Below, one piece after another: positions 36,847 through 50,745 of a DNA stretch of 64,000 nucleotides (positions are counted from its first letter, which is position 1; each line of letters begins with the position of its first letter). The stretch lies in assembly GCF_030028105.1 (NCBI RefSeq), contig NC_092379.1:27335821-27399820 (forward strand), given 5' to 3'. The DNA is from Mobula birostris. Taxonomy: Eukaryota. The translations under genes were made by a program, and so were the position numbers. The notes beneath the pieces were generated by a model. That model was not told the origin of the DNA. It did no database searches and saw only the letters and a list, made by a program, of their open reading frames with translations.

Positions 36847-36885
36847 CACAGGGGTACAGAACTAGTCTGAACCTGTACAATAACT
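36847..36885 (+). other. Recombination signal sequence, 23-bp spacer
   Basis: CACAGGG (36847-36853) + 23 nt + ACAATAACT (36877-36885). Confidence 0.92.
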
Positions 36886-37679
36886 AGTTTAGTTTTCTAT
36901 TGGCTGCTCAGTGTAACTGCCTTTTTCTGAGCCTCTGTCGTCCGAGGTCGATCAGTATACGTCCACATTTCAATATATTTCCTGAGATTATTAACCAATA
37001 GATTGAGTCGTCTGCAGCCTATTACTCTTCTATCTGTTCCAGTGGATGTGCAGCCACCAGAATCCAATCTCTAGGCTTTTAAACGACGACCTTCCATTAT
37101 TTCTTTTTTTTCGCTCACCATTTCGAAGTAGAGCCTCTTTCCCTTACATTGGGGTGGATGAGGATTCTGGAGTGAAATGTTGTTTATTCTCCAATATACT
37201 AATGTCTTAAAATATCACATTTTCCTCAAGTTATTATCACTTACAGTTGTTAACAGGAAAACTTATTGTTTTACTTGATTTACTTCCATTTTTTCCCTCA
37301 AATCTACACCACAGCGCCCTCGTGTGGTTTACTAAGTAACTGCATTTTAACATTGCCGCGGTGTTCAGAACAATTACAAAGAACAAGTAGCTGGGTGCTT
37401 TTGTACAGGACAAAATTGAATTGTAATTTACCGCTCGTCCTCACTGAGCCAATCCAGGAATATGTAGCTTACAGAGGGAGTTTTGCTTTTTCATTCCACA
37501 GAATTAACAGCTAAGATCTCTCGTTTCAGGAAATAACATTAGCACCATTCATAACACCATACCAAAAAAAAAAAAAAACTGTGTGATTAGTAACATAAAT
37601 ACTGTGGGCAATTTAAACAGGAAAGGGGAACGTGAACACCGAATGCTTTTTCATGAGGCACAAATTAAACCACAGATGA

Positions 37680-37830
37680 GCCTAGGCACAAGCCAAAAAT
37701 CAGCCACATCAGGAAGCTTCAAAAGCTAGTGAATAAAGGTAAGTTTTGAGCCCGGACTTAAAGAGTCAATACAGGGGGCAGATCTGATAGGGAGAGGAAC
37801 GCTGTTCCAAAGTCTGGGGGCTACAATGGC
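37680..37830 (-). mobile_element. L2-like LINE 3' fragment, unit 2 only
   Basis: GTAAGTTTTGAGCCCGGACTTAAAGAGTCAAT...GCTGTTCCAAAGTCTGGGGGCT resembles the reverse strand of an L2 3' end; recognised from memory. Confidence 0.55.
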
Positions 37831-40800
37831 ATATCATGCTATAATGTTATAAGCAGACTTTGCGCTGAAATTATGATAAACATTATGTACATGAAGTTAT
37901 GCCTTCTGATGATCATGTATGTTGTGATATGGACCTTGACAACTGTCAATTCGAAAGGGTGCTGTTTTGCTTTAAAAAATCGGTAAAATTATCCTCAACA
38001 ACATCAACATGAAATTGTTGTGGGATTAGTGAAGCTATTTTGCCCCGTGAATTAGAACCCAAAAAGTAAATTAATGCGCCTTGCCGACCTGTGCATTATA
38101 TTTGCGAGTTTTAGTCTTACCGAAAGTCATTATCCCTGCCCATTATTTTTAAGATTTTTTTTTTTTATTTTGACGAGCACAGTTTTCCACATTCTATCGT
38201 TAATTAAGGGAAATCCTGATAAGCGCTGATTGCAAACCATTTTGTTTCGGAAATGATTCAACTCCAATCGTTGCTCGGTCAAGCCACTGATGGTCTATCG
38301 GAATGTCCTTCAAATAAACTGTTGCTTCGTTGGCTACATGTCGGTTCTCCGCACGAGGGTCTGTTATTTTTCAGCGCACACTGCAACTGTAAATTCGGAA
38401 AATGTAACATGGATAGATATTTTTCGGGGTGTGATGATCTTATTTAAAGACAGTTTGCCTTGTGGAATGTTGACTGCTGTAATCTCAATTGCGGATGGAG
38501 TTAATATTTTATGACCCTTTTATGTCTCAACCATTGTCATCAGTTTAATAAAAGCAAGCTTGAGATAGATTTTTATTTGGTAACTAGATCAAATAGATAT
38601 TGTTACATTGTAATATGAAAATAAGATATGTACCAATGTTTCAGAGATTAGTTTAAACATGAGCTTTAGTTTGAGGAACATTGCCTACATATTGCTGAAC
38701 AATTAAGTTTGAAGTACAAAATTAATAAATTTAGTAAAGAAGTCAGCTGTTTTAATTCATTACGGCTGGTGTAATTTGAACATAATATGATCAGTATGAG
38801 CAGCATGGACGTTACAGTGACCGTGTCTGTACGAGGACGAACATAAGTTGGTTAATTTATTTGAAGCCCGTAAGGTGAAATCTAAGTCCATGGAGTTCCG
38901 TGTAGTGTGACAATTAATGAGTTGTAAATCCTACCAAAAATTCTGTATTTTAAAACAGATTATAGGTAGTAGAATGACATGGTAAAAGGCGGTGATAATG
39001 CCAATCGTGGAAAATGCTTCGTCATTCCTACTTCAGGCGACGAACGTTCTCGAAAATATGTCATAACATGGTTTAATAATATTAGTTATTATATATCTGC
39101 CCACTGGGATACGAGCAACAGCGCCCAGTAGAAGCCTCAGCAATTTAAAGTGTGACGTAAACAGAGAAAATAAGCATTACTTCTAATAAGTAGGGACTGG
39201 GCCACCACCGAGGATAAAATGAAGAACATCCGTATTACTTCACCCCGTATGTCATGTCATCAAACCTCACTGAGTCAGGTAACGACGAAAAATTGAAGTG
39301 CTTTCTGAGATTCTTCGTTTTCAGCAGCTGGCAATGTTCTCCTTGTTTTTCTAAGTCTCTCCAGTTCTCATAATACAGAAGCACTTGCAAGTAAATTAAT
39401 CATTAGTTAAGTTGAGTGTATTATGATTGGCACTCTTAACACATCTTCTGAGACGTAAATACATATGGCGAATCGCAATCGTCTTTCAACCCCAAAATAA
39501 CCAAACCGTTTACCTTTCTACTTCTTAGTAAATTGCAAAATTTTGATCAACGAAAACTGCATTATGAAAAGGTTTGGAATACATTGTTGTGAGCCAATAC
39601 GAATCTTCCATTTAATCATACGTTGGAAGGAGCATGGAGCTTCATCTGAGACTGATCTTTTTTTTTGCTCACAACAACGCCACAAAAACCTCTTTACTTC
39701 TCTGATTCCGCCAATCAGCTTTGTGTCTCGAATCTGTCAATCCCTCACCGTTTCATTTTTTTCCACTATACAACCAATTAATCTAAAGCTTGGAGATCGG
39801 ATAAGGCCGTTTGTAAGTTACGTTTCGAGTTTATGATGATGTTCTATATAAGAGACAAAAAGAAAGATACATTAGGGAAAATCGACCTGACAAAATGACG
39901 TAGGAAAAGTCTGAGCTCATGTTTCTCTTAATGAATGTCAACATATAAGATAACCAATGCCCCATCTAAGTGATAAATCGACGATTTCGGACTTAGAGGA
40001 GGTAATGGTCTCACTAAGAGATTTCTGGATGTCGATGTTTTTCCCCGTTGGCTTCAGAGTTTACTTAACTAACTACTCAATAGTGAGATTTGCAAAAACT
40101 CGTAAGTATCAATAAGTATCATATAGTTAAAGCGTATCATGGCAAAGAAACCGGAAATTCTGCCCACCACGATCAGCTTCAACGTTTTTTATCGACCCTA
40201 CTTAATTTCACCGTTGTACATTTTGAAAACACCATGTCTATTTTACCTACCTGTGCTCTTGAAACAATTGCATTTGTTTATATAGCCCTCACTGGCAGCA
40301 TGTCAGAGGTATGAAACACACTCTGAACTAAGAAAAATAAGAGCTACACTTCAGTTCTCTTTGACTTCTTCATCTTATCAGCTAAAACATACGAAACATA
40401 CGTCCCAGTGTGTTCAACAATTAGCAAGCATGCAATAATATTTTTTTACACACCTGATATCGCTGATATTTTGAAATATGTTTTATCCCTTTACTCTGGT
40501 GTTCCTACTGGTTCTAATAAGAATAGGCTTGACAAATCGATTGTGGCCCGGCCGTTAAATTCTCCTGATCAAAAGAACATCGCAAGTAATCCAATTTTTC
40601 TGAGAGAAAAACAAGAAATAATAACGGCAGAGGCAAATTTCCGGAGGCAAAATACAGATTCCTGTGCAGTGCCTTTTAATTCAATGTTCAAAAATGCTTA
40701 ACCTCTAACGAAGATCATTAAACGGGTCTGATCGAACAAACCGCGTGATATATCACTGCTGGATGCTATAGAATACTCACCTAGTCTTTCAGAACTTGCT

Positions 40801-42084
40801 TACTATCACGTCCAATCTCTGCAGCGAGTTGAAGATGCCAATACTCAAATGCTCGATGCGATTGTGGTGTGCACACAGACACAGAACTGGAGGAATAAGT
40901 ACCAGCTTATCATTTAGTAAAAGAGAGGTTATTTTAGTTTCTAAGTGCCAACATGGACGTCTCGATCTGCAGCTTTCATTGAAAACAAGAGGAAACATTA
41001 GATATTCTCTTTTCAGCCTGCTCACAACGATGTTTTTCCATTTCTGTTTTTCTTTTTTTTTCTATTCACACCTTTCTCTACTTGATTGAATTCAGTTCGT
41101 TTTGCTATATTTATTTATTATATCCTTTCTTTTTTTTTGCAAGGCTGCCGTAGGTTTTAAGAAATATTTCGAAATATAACGGTGATATTAAACCTGATTT
41201 TAGTTGTGATTTTACCTTTCTATGAGACATATTTAGTTTCTGGACAAGTGATGAAAAACGCACATTTAACACTGGCCAGTGATATGGGAGTTATAAAAGA
41301 TGGATGATCACCATCACACCAATACGATATAAGAGCAGAATTTGGCCATTGGGCATATCGTGTGCACTCCGCCATTTCATCATGGCTGATGCAATTTTGC
41401 CCTGAGCCCCAATTTACCTACCGGATTTTCCCCCTGTCCGTTTATACATTGACCAATCAACAGTCTATCAAACTCTGTAGTAAATGTACAAATAAACGTG
41501 TTCGACAGCTGTCTATGACAAACAATTCCACGGGCTCACTATTCTTTGGCTAAAAAAAAAAAAAAAAAAAATCATGCTCCCTTCTAAAACATCACCCCTC
41601 TATACTGAGTCTTTCCCTGTGGTGTTAGAATCTTCCACCATAGGAAACATCCTCTCCGCAATCGGTCTTTCAATGACTTTCACGGCTTGATATGTTACAA
41701 TTAATTCTAATGAATAGACAAATAAGTAATCTGGCGCCTCTGTTATGTCAAGTTATACAACCCTCGAATCATTTCCCTGAACATGTTTTGATCCTTCTCC
41801 AGTCTCAGCGTACTCTCGCCTCTCTTTTACATTTTATGCATTTTAATAAACTTTAGCTGTCCGCTTTAATATTTTACTCTATCGTACATTAGTTTTCCGT
41901 CATTGAGTTTTGTTCACATTTTGTAGCGTTCAGTATTTATTTCCAAGCCTCTAAGTTTGCACTCATCTGTGATCTATTATATGCCCTCTCTTTGAATTTT
42001 ATGTTGGGCTTGACAGCTCCAGTTCGCCATTGTCGTGTCATCTTTTCTTCAGAATACTTCTTCGTCTTTGTTATATATGTATAT

Positions 42085-42970
42085 ATTGATAGGGTGGATG
42101 CAAAGCTTGACGTAGCAGCACTTCAGTGTAGTAATGGGAATTACAGTAGTATGAGAGAGGAGTTGGGCAAAGTAAGTAGGAAGAAGATGCTGGTAGGGAA
42201 CAACAGTCGCGTGGGTATCTGGGCATTATGAGGAACGTACAGGATAGATGGATTCCAAAAAGTGGACTTACTGAAGCCACAAACAGTACAACAGTGGCTG
42301 GCAAGGGAGGTCAAAACTAATGTCTAAGCAAAACAAAGCGCATGAAACAAAACAAATATTTTCAAGAAGATAGAAGATAACGTCACTTTAAATCACAATA
42401 GAGAGCAACTAAAAAGTCGGTAGAAGCGAAAGGGTGAAATATGAAATCAAGCTAGCAAACAATATGATAGTAATAGTTTTAAACGATGTAAATCATAGAA
42501 CAGTGGTGAGTGTGGAAATAGGATCGCTAGGAAATGAGACCAGGAAATTAATAACGGGACTAAGGAGCTGGCAGATAAACAAAATGAGCATTTTGCAGCC
42601 GTTACTACTCTGGAATGCACAAGCAGATGCTCAGTGATGTAAGAAAGAGAAGTAAGTGCAGTTACTCTTATAAGGAAGAAGGTGCTCAAAAGGCTGAACG
42701 ACATAACAGTAGTTAAGTCACCTTAACCAGATGAAGTGCACCCTAGTGTTCTCACGAAAGTAACCGTAGAGATTGTGGAGTCATTTTAATAATATTTCAG
42801 AAAAAAAAATATATTGGACGCTGGTTTGATGTCAGAGTGCTTGAAAATTGCAAATGTCATTCCACACGTTAAGAAAGGAGCAGGGCCGTGGAAAGGAAGT
42901 TATATTATTTTAGTTTGACCTAGTGGTTGGGAAGATATTAATAAAGACGAGGAGCCCTTGTAGACACAGT
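42085..42970 (+). mobile_element. CR1-like LINE fragment (duplicate of 12600-13485, cut by deletion)
   Basis: Collinear with the unit 1 CR1 up to GACACAGT, then jumps to the sequence matching 18727. Confidence 0.85.
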
Positions 42971-42984
42971 TTACTATCTAACTA

Positions 42985-43859
42985 TCTAATAATATTTCTA
43001 TATCAATCGTAAAATGTTGAATTCCGCACAGAAAGTAGGAAATGGTGATTGTGTAAAATAAGACTAGAGAGATAAAATCCATGAAGACCATTAAGTTTTC
43101 TGAACTGAGCCCATATTCTCAAAGTATCTCTAATAAGAGGATTAACAATCAGTCTAGGCAAATGAAAAGGAAGTGCGGAACTGAGAGGTGTAGAAATGGA
43201 AAGATCCTTAGTCACGTTCAACTCCATTGTTACCCATTTTGGGTAGCCAGACTGATTTTGGAAGAAAGACCAAAATAAGATAACTAATATTGAATATCCA
43301 GTGAAATAAACGAAAATTAGGGAAGGACATACCTGGAGAGAAATTCTGGAGAGACGTTTTTTTTTCAAACTTTTCTCATATTCTTAATTGCCATTGAGAA
43401 CCTAACCACCCGGTTGCTCTTTTTGACACCTTGTGTGAAGTAGATATGCACTTGAGTCCGACTAAACGTCGAACATTATCTTTTGCCTCACTCTTGGCTA
43501 GACAGATAGTTCTTTTTAGGTGGAAAGATGCTGCCCCACTCACTCACGCTCAATGGTTTAGTGATATTCTGTCCTGTTTAACCTTGAAAAGATTCATTAT
43601 TCACTTTCTAATTGGAACATAATGTTTCCTGAGTTGTGGTGACCTTTCTTGAATATTTTCATAACTGCTCGATAGGTTAAGTTTATCCTTTTATTTTGTA
43701 TGCTTCATTCCCTTACTTTCAGCTTCTTTTGTGTATTTTTTTTCTTGTTTTTGTTGTGAATTACATTGTAGTTTTGGTAGTCGGCATTATACTTTCTCTT
43801 TATCATATATATATTTACAGTTCTGCGGGGTTGAATGCTCCGATTGTTTTTGCTTCCTA

Positions 43860-43890
<31 letters not shown>

Positions 43891-44100
43891 TATGCACACA
43901 GAAATGGTTGACCTGTTTTTTTCTGTTTTTTTTTCAGCGGGATGTTGGGATGGATACTAATCTCAGATGATGTTATTTTGGGTGTATTTTAAATGTGTTA
44001 TGAATTTGATATTGTTTGTTTTGCACTGTATCAACTTCCATTTTGTTGATGATTTTCTTTATTCTGTAGCTCTATTGTAGAAATGTATAAACATATTTTT
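42985..44100 (+). mobile_element. 5'-inverted L1 fragment (unit 2 copy)
   Basis: Minus-strand ORF 43003..43368 (WAQFRKLNG) and plus-strand ORF 43431..43622 mirror the unit 1 structure. Confidence 0.8.
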
Positions 44101-44104
44101 AAGA

Positions 44105-47100
44105 ATACTTTCCGGAAATACTACTACATATTTAAAGTCCTCCATGTTTTTATCTCTAAATCTTTCGTTTGACATTTAGATTCGATTATATCTTCTTACT
44201 TATGGAAGAATAAAACACCTCGATTAAACAAGGTTCATCCTCAGAAAGCTAAAAAAAAAATGAGGATTGCACCTACCCTATTTTTGGTTTTACTGCTGAG
44301 CAGTCAACATTCGCTACCTTACGTATCCTATATACTACATTAATCATGAACACTGTCCGGTTTGGGATTTTTCAGAAGTTAATTCTGTTAATAAACTTTC
44401 TATTATTTCTTTTCTTAGTTGTTCAATTCTTTTATACTTAAATAATTTAACTGATAATTTTGTCGTTAAAAATTCTTCGAGGATTTGGTTACAATTTAGA
44501 AAATTCTTTAGGTTATTTGGTTTTTCACTCACCAGTCCCATTTTTCTGATTATTTTTGTTAAAGCTTCTTTGACTGATGTAGTTTATAAAAGGTAGAATA
44601 GGCTAGGTATTAAATGTTTTCAGGATCTGTTTGTGGAGGTGTATTTCTGTCATGTTTACGTTCGGCTATTCCCCTTTAACGTTCCTTTCTCCCTGATTAT
44701 GCCCTAATTTCAGCCATTAGATGCTAGTTTACTTAATTACAGTACACCTGGTTTGCATCAGAAGTTGTGAAATAAGTACGATGGCGTCACTATACAGGTT
44801 GCCAGTTTGATGGTCTATTCTTGTGTGATACTTCCTTCTCTCGTCCGCTTAGAACCGTTAGTTCTAAGTTTAGTTCCAAGTTCTACTCTAGTTTCAAGAC
44901 AGTTCCTGTAGCTGCCGTCTCCTTGTCAAGATCCCTCCTGTTTACTGTTCTACGTTCACGTCTACGCCATCATCCCTAACTCAGTCGACGTGCCGGTTTC
45001 CTGCACATGGGTTCTCCTCAGTCGCCACGTGCAATAGCACAAGCTGGCCAACATGAACAGAGAATCCTCTGGAACAAGCACTCTCCAGCCAGGGTTCCCT
45101 ATTGGCCTTCCACGATCGGCTGCTACAGGGAGTCATGGAAACCCTCCGTTCCCTGTCAGTAGATGTAAGAAAGGTCAGTGAACAGGTCGACAGAGTAAAA
45201 AGACATATTACAACGTCGACTCCAAGAATTCCGTCTACCAGCCCAGACAGCCTGTGGTGGCAACTCCCGTGGGGTCAACAACACGTCCACTAAGAGACCC
45301 GCAGCCAGAGACTCTTCCTTCCCCACCTTCATCTCAGGAATAAGGAAGATTGTTGACGATCCCTTCCGCGGTAAAGATGCCGCTAAACGTCTACTCACCC
45401 TCCATTAAGGCTCACGTAGTGTTGCAGAATACTCCGTGGAGTTCCGGACATTAGTGATCGACTGGGACTGGAATGATGAGGCACTCCAGGAGGTATTTCG
45501 TCAAAGCCTCTGTGACAAGGTAAAGGACGAGTTGGCGGCTAGGGATGACACTAACAGCCTGGATGTATTGACTCCCTAGCCACCAGGCTAGACAACCGAC
45601 TCCGAAAACATCAGAGGGAGAGAACCGGTCGCCATACTCCTTTGGCCACCCCACGGCACACTTTACCATCTACTACCAGTCCCAACCTCTCTCCTCCTCC
45701 AGTTCATAGAATAGCATCCGGCCCGGCCGTTTCCACCACCACAGAAGAGGAACCACTGCAGCTGGGACGGAGCCGTCTTTCTCCCTCAGAGCGACTCCAG
45801 AGATTAAGAGCAGGGGATGTTTCTATTACGGCAAGTCTGGCCATTTCCGAGCTACCTGTTTCCAACGCCCAAAGGGGAGGGCTCACCAGTAGAATTGGGA
45901 ACCCTGGTGAGTCCGACTACGTTCTCTTGTGTCTCTCACTGCCGTTTGCAGATGCAATCGTGCATATGCTACAACCGACAGAGCCTGTCCTTGTCTGCCC
46001 TGATAGACTCCGGTTTGAAGGGAATTTGTTGGATGAAAACATAGCTTCTCAGATCTGAATTCCTCGGGCCGTTGAGTGCTCCTCTGGAACTCCGGTCACT
46101 GGACGAAAGACTTGTGGCCCGAGTTACTCACTGTGCCCCAAAACTGTCCTTGGTTCTGTCTGGGAACCATCGGGAGCAGGTAAAATTTAACTTAATTTGC
46201 ACTCCTCAAGCTCCTAGAGTTCTTGGGTGCCCCTGGTTAAGCCGCCATAATCCTTACATTGATTCGTCCACCTGGAAGATATCCAGCTGGAGTCCGTTCT
46301 GACACGCCACTTGTCTACAGTCGGCCCTTTCCCCTGTAAAAACCACCACGACCTCACTAGCCGTTGAAAAACTTGACTTTTCCAGGGTTCCAGCGGAGTA
46401 CCACGACCTGTGACAAGTGTTTAGTAAACAACGCGCCCTTTCCCTGCCTCCACATCGACCATACGATTGTGCTATCGACCTTCTCCCCGGAGATCCTCTA
46501 CCCACCAGTCGGCCATATAACTTGTCCCAGCAAGAGAGGGAAGCAATGAAGGGTCACGTCAGTGAATTTCTCGCGGCAGGCATCATCCGACCCTCATCCT
46601 CCCCGGTGAGGGCAGGGTTCTTCTGTGTGGGGAAGAAGGATGGCTCACTACGTCCCTGCATCGACTGCCGAGGCCTAAATTATATAACCATAAAGAAGAA
46701 GTACCCACTGTCTCTGATAAGTTCTGCGTTCGAACCACTTCACGGAGCCACCATCTTCTCGAAGTTGGAACTACGAAGCGCCTACCATCTGGTCCGAATA
46801 AGGGAGAGTTACGAGTGGGAGACGACATTAAATACCCCTTTAGGCCACTTCGAGTACTTGGTCCCTCCTTTTGGCCTCGCCAATGCCCCCGTTGTTTTTT
46901 CAAGACTTCATTAACGATGCGCTAGGGCACTTTCTTAACCGTTTTGTGTTTGACTGTCGGGATGTCAGCTTAATCATTTCCAGCAATGCCAAGCAACAAG
47001 TTCATCATGTCCGCCAAGACCTGCAGAGGCTGTGGGAGAATAAATTATTAGTAATCGCGGAGAGGTGCGTGTTCCACGTCCCCTCGGTCAGCTTCCTAGG

Positions 47101-48793
47101 TTATATCATCGAGAGCGGACAGGTGAGAGCTGATCCCGAGAAGAACGGGCTCTGGCCGAGTGGCGCAAACCCACGGTCCGCAAGCAACTCCAACGGTTCC
47201 TGGGATTTGCGAACTTCTATCGCCGGTTCATCAGAAACTACAGTCAGGCGGCGGTTCCCCTGACCCGACTTACCTCCCCCGCCACACCTTTCCTTTGGAA
47301 CTCCAAGGCAAAATCAGCATTCGCGGAAATAAAAAGACGTTTCACGTCTGCTCCCGTTTGATTCAATCGGACCCGTCCTGTCAATTCAGTGTGGAAGTTG
47401 AATACTTCCTCTCCGGGGTGGGAGCGGTACTGTCCCAACGTTCGGGCCCGGGTCAGAAACCACATCGCTGTGCCTTCTTCTCTCGCTGACTGTCTCCGGA
47501 TGAACAAAATTACTACGTGGGGAACCGGGAGCTACTGGCTGTCAAACTGGCGTTGGAAGAATGGATAAACGGGTTAGAGTGGGCGGAACACCCGTTCATC
47601 GCCTGGACATACCATAAGAACCTTGAATCTATCCAGACCGCCAAACGCCTGAATTCTCGCAAGGCCCGTTAGGCATTATGTTTTGGCCGGTTCAGGTTTA
47701 CCCTCACCTATCGTCCCGGGTCCAAGAAAGGGTAGCCCGATGCACTCTCCCGTCAATACGTTTCCCAACCCCGACACCATCCTTCCATCAGCCTGTGTAG
47801 TGGCTACCCTCAAAGTCCAGCGTCAAAGAGGCCCAAAGGATTCAACCTGTCCCAGGCATTGGACCTCCCAATCGCTTATTTGTACCAGATTCTGTTCGAT
47901 CGCTGCTTCTCCAGTGGAGGCACACTTCTCGTTTCGCCTGCCACCCCGCAATCGATTGGATTCTGACTCTTCTGAAGAGACATTTCTGGTGGCCCTTCAT
48001 TGACTGGACACCCGTTTCTATGTCTCTGCATGTTCCGTCTGCGCCCGTCAGAAAGCCTCCCCTCGGCCACCTGGGAGATTGCGTCGTCCCTTGCCTGTCC
48101 CTGGTCGTCCCTGGTCACACATCGCTGTGGATTTCCTGACAGTTCTACCCTTTCACGTGGAAACACTGCCGTCCTAACTGTCGTGGACCTTTTCTCCAAC
48201 TCGGTGCATTTTGTAGCCCTCCCTAAACTCCCTTCCGTGCAGGAGACCGCAAATCTTCTCGTCACCCACGTTTTAAGATGTCACAAAATTCCTTCGGATA
48301 TTGTCTCTGCCCGGGTCCTCAATTCATTTCGCAAGTCTGGAGATCCATTTGTCGAGCCCTTTGTACCTCAGTTAGCTTATCATCCGGTTTTCACCCATGG
48401 ACGAACGGACAAACGGAGTGGGTCAACCAAGAGTTGGATGCGGCGTTACGTTGTATAACGGCCAACAACCTGTCTAGCTGGAGCAAACATCTCGCATGGG
48501 TAGAATACGCCGACAACACTCAGGTCAGCACAGAGACCAGAAAGTCTCTTTTTGAATGTTCTCTTGGTTATCAGCCCCCATGTTTCCCGTCCAGGAAGAA
48601 GGGATTGCGTTGCCGTCAGTCCAGGCCCATATACACAGGCGCCAAAAAAAAAAAAAAACCTGGGAAGACACACGCACGGCTCTGCCTCGCTCAGCCAACC
48701 ATAACCGAAAATTTGCCGACCGACATTGTACCCCTGCTCCTGAGTATCGACCTGGGCAGATGGTGTGACTCTCGTATAGAGACATTCCTCAGG

Positions 48794-48824
<31 letters not shown>

Positions 48825-50745
48825 AGCCAAAGAAGCTTGCTTCCCGCTTCCTGGGATCTTTCAAGGTTGAGAGCATTATCAACCCTGGGACAATCCTACT
48901 AAAGCTACCTACGTCTTTGCGGATCCATTCTACATTTCACGCCTGCCAGTTAAAACCGGTTTCTGTCAGTCCCTTGTGCCCTGCGACCGAACCCCCTCCA
49001 CCCACCTCTCCGCCCCTCCCCCCCGGATCACCGACGACCATCCGGCTTACACTGTGCGGCGGTTATTGGATGTCTGCCGTCGGGGCAGGGGTCTCCAGTA
49101 CCTGGTCAACTGAGAGGGGTACGACCCGGAGTAACGTCCCTGGATTTCCCGCTCCTACATTCTGGACCCTTCTCTCATCCGGGATTTCCATCGGGACATT
49201 CCAGACAAGCCTGGGGGATCGCCAGGAGGCTCCCGTTGAGGAAGGGTAACTATCATGGTTCCGTTTGGTTGTTCCCCTTTAAACCTCCTTTATCCCTGAT
49301 TATGCCCTAATTTCAGGCATTAGATTTTCAGTTGCTGGCAGCTTACTTAGTTACAGTTCACCTGGTTTGCATCGCAGACTGTGCAATAAGTACGCTGTCG
49401 TCACTAAACAGGTTGCCAGTTTGTTGGTATACTCCTGTGTGATACTTCATTTTCTCGTCCGCTTAGGACCGTTAGTTTTAAGTTTAGTTCCAAGTTCTTC
49501 TCCAGTTTCAAGATAGTCCCTGTAGATACTGTCACCTTTTCAAAATTCCTCCGGTTTGCTATTCTACGTTCACGTCTACTCAAGCATCCCCAACTCAGTC
49601 GACTTGTCGGTCTTCTGCACTTGGCTTCTCCTCAGCCGCCCCGTGCAACACCTCCTGATTTGATCAACGATCTATTTAATATAATCTTCGTAAAACTCAC
49701 TTTTTTAGATCTTTACAAATTAGAGACTTGCGTTCTCAACTTTATACATTTTCTAAATGTCCAGATAAAAATTTAATTTATATAATTTTTGCTTTGAAAC
49801 CATTTCATAATGGATCTATATCTAATATTTATAGTACGCTGTTGGCATTGAGAAACACTCTGTTAGATAAAATTGAAAACCTTTGGGAACATGACCTACA
49901 GATTGTAATTTATGACGATACTTGGAATGAAATATTTAAACTTGTTCACACCTCTTTGTTATGTGCGTGTCACTCTCTTTTACAATTTAAAGTGGTCCAT
50001 AGAGCCTATATGACTAAAGATAAGCTCTCTCATTTTTATTCAGAATTTTCTCCACGAGGAAATAGGTGTAATGTCGAAGAAGCCTCTATAATTCATACGT
50101 TCTGATCCTGCCAGCGGCTTGATAAGTTTTGGAAAAAAGTATTTCAAACTTTCTCAGAGCTTTCCAACGTAAACTTTAAACCCATCCTCTCACTGCCTTG
50201 TTTGGCATTGTTGGAGGAAATTATTTTACTCTTAAGTCGAATGATTTGAATATTTTATCTTTTATTTCTCTTTTAGCCAGAAGAGTTTTGTTCCTTAAAT
50301 GGAAAGATGCCGCTCCACCTACTCATGTTCATTGGTTGATTGCTGTTATGCCATGTTTAAATCTAGAGAAGATTAAGTGTTTTATTTCTATACCGAGACA
50401 AGTTTTCTGTTTTTCACATTGTGGGGACCTTTCTGAAACTACTTTCGTCATTTTCGATTTGCTCAGCAATGATGATGGATATTATATGTTTGAATTTACG
50501 ACTATATGTCTTTTTTTTGTTTGTTTCTTTTTTTATAACAAAACAGCTTTTCTATTTTTTTCTGATTTTTTGTCTCTTTTTTTCTATTTTGTTATGGAAT
50601 TTTGTTTTTGCTTTAGAATAGATTAGACTATATCTTTTCAAAATTACGGTTAATTTATAATACATTGTTATGGGGAAATTTAACCTAGCTTTTGGTTCGG
50701 TAATACCATAATGTATTTTCTATTCGTCTATGCAAGTAATTAATA
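44105..50745 (+). mobile_element. Second L1 fragment split by Gypsy A (unit 2 copy; L1 parts 44105-44647 and 49651-50745)
   Basis: ORFs 49728..50105 (FKVVHRAYMTK, NRCNVEEASIIH) and 50198..50626 are L1 ORF2 C-terminus. Confidence 0.8.
44648..49650 (+). mobile_element. Gypsy A (unit 2 copy), no nested element
   Basis: LTRs 44648-45036 and 49251-49650 (ends TGCAACA); RT N-terminus in ORF 46417..46914; integrase 48000-48700; empty Gypsy B site CATAATCCTTACATTG near 46246-46261. Confidence 0.92.

Noticed and set aside
39682-39690. Perfect RSS nonamer ACAAAAACC
   Set aside because: No CAC heptamer at 12 or 23 nt spacing.
48278-49249. 323-aa ORF with poly-Lys runs as a host gene
   Set aside because: It is shifted-frame Gypsy A integrase sequence; the Lys runs come from expanded poly-A tracts.
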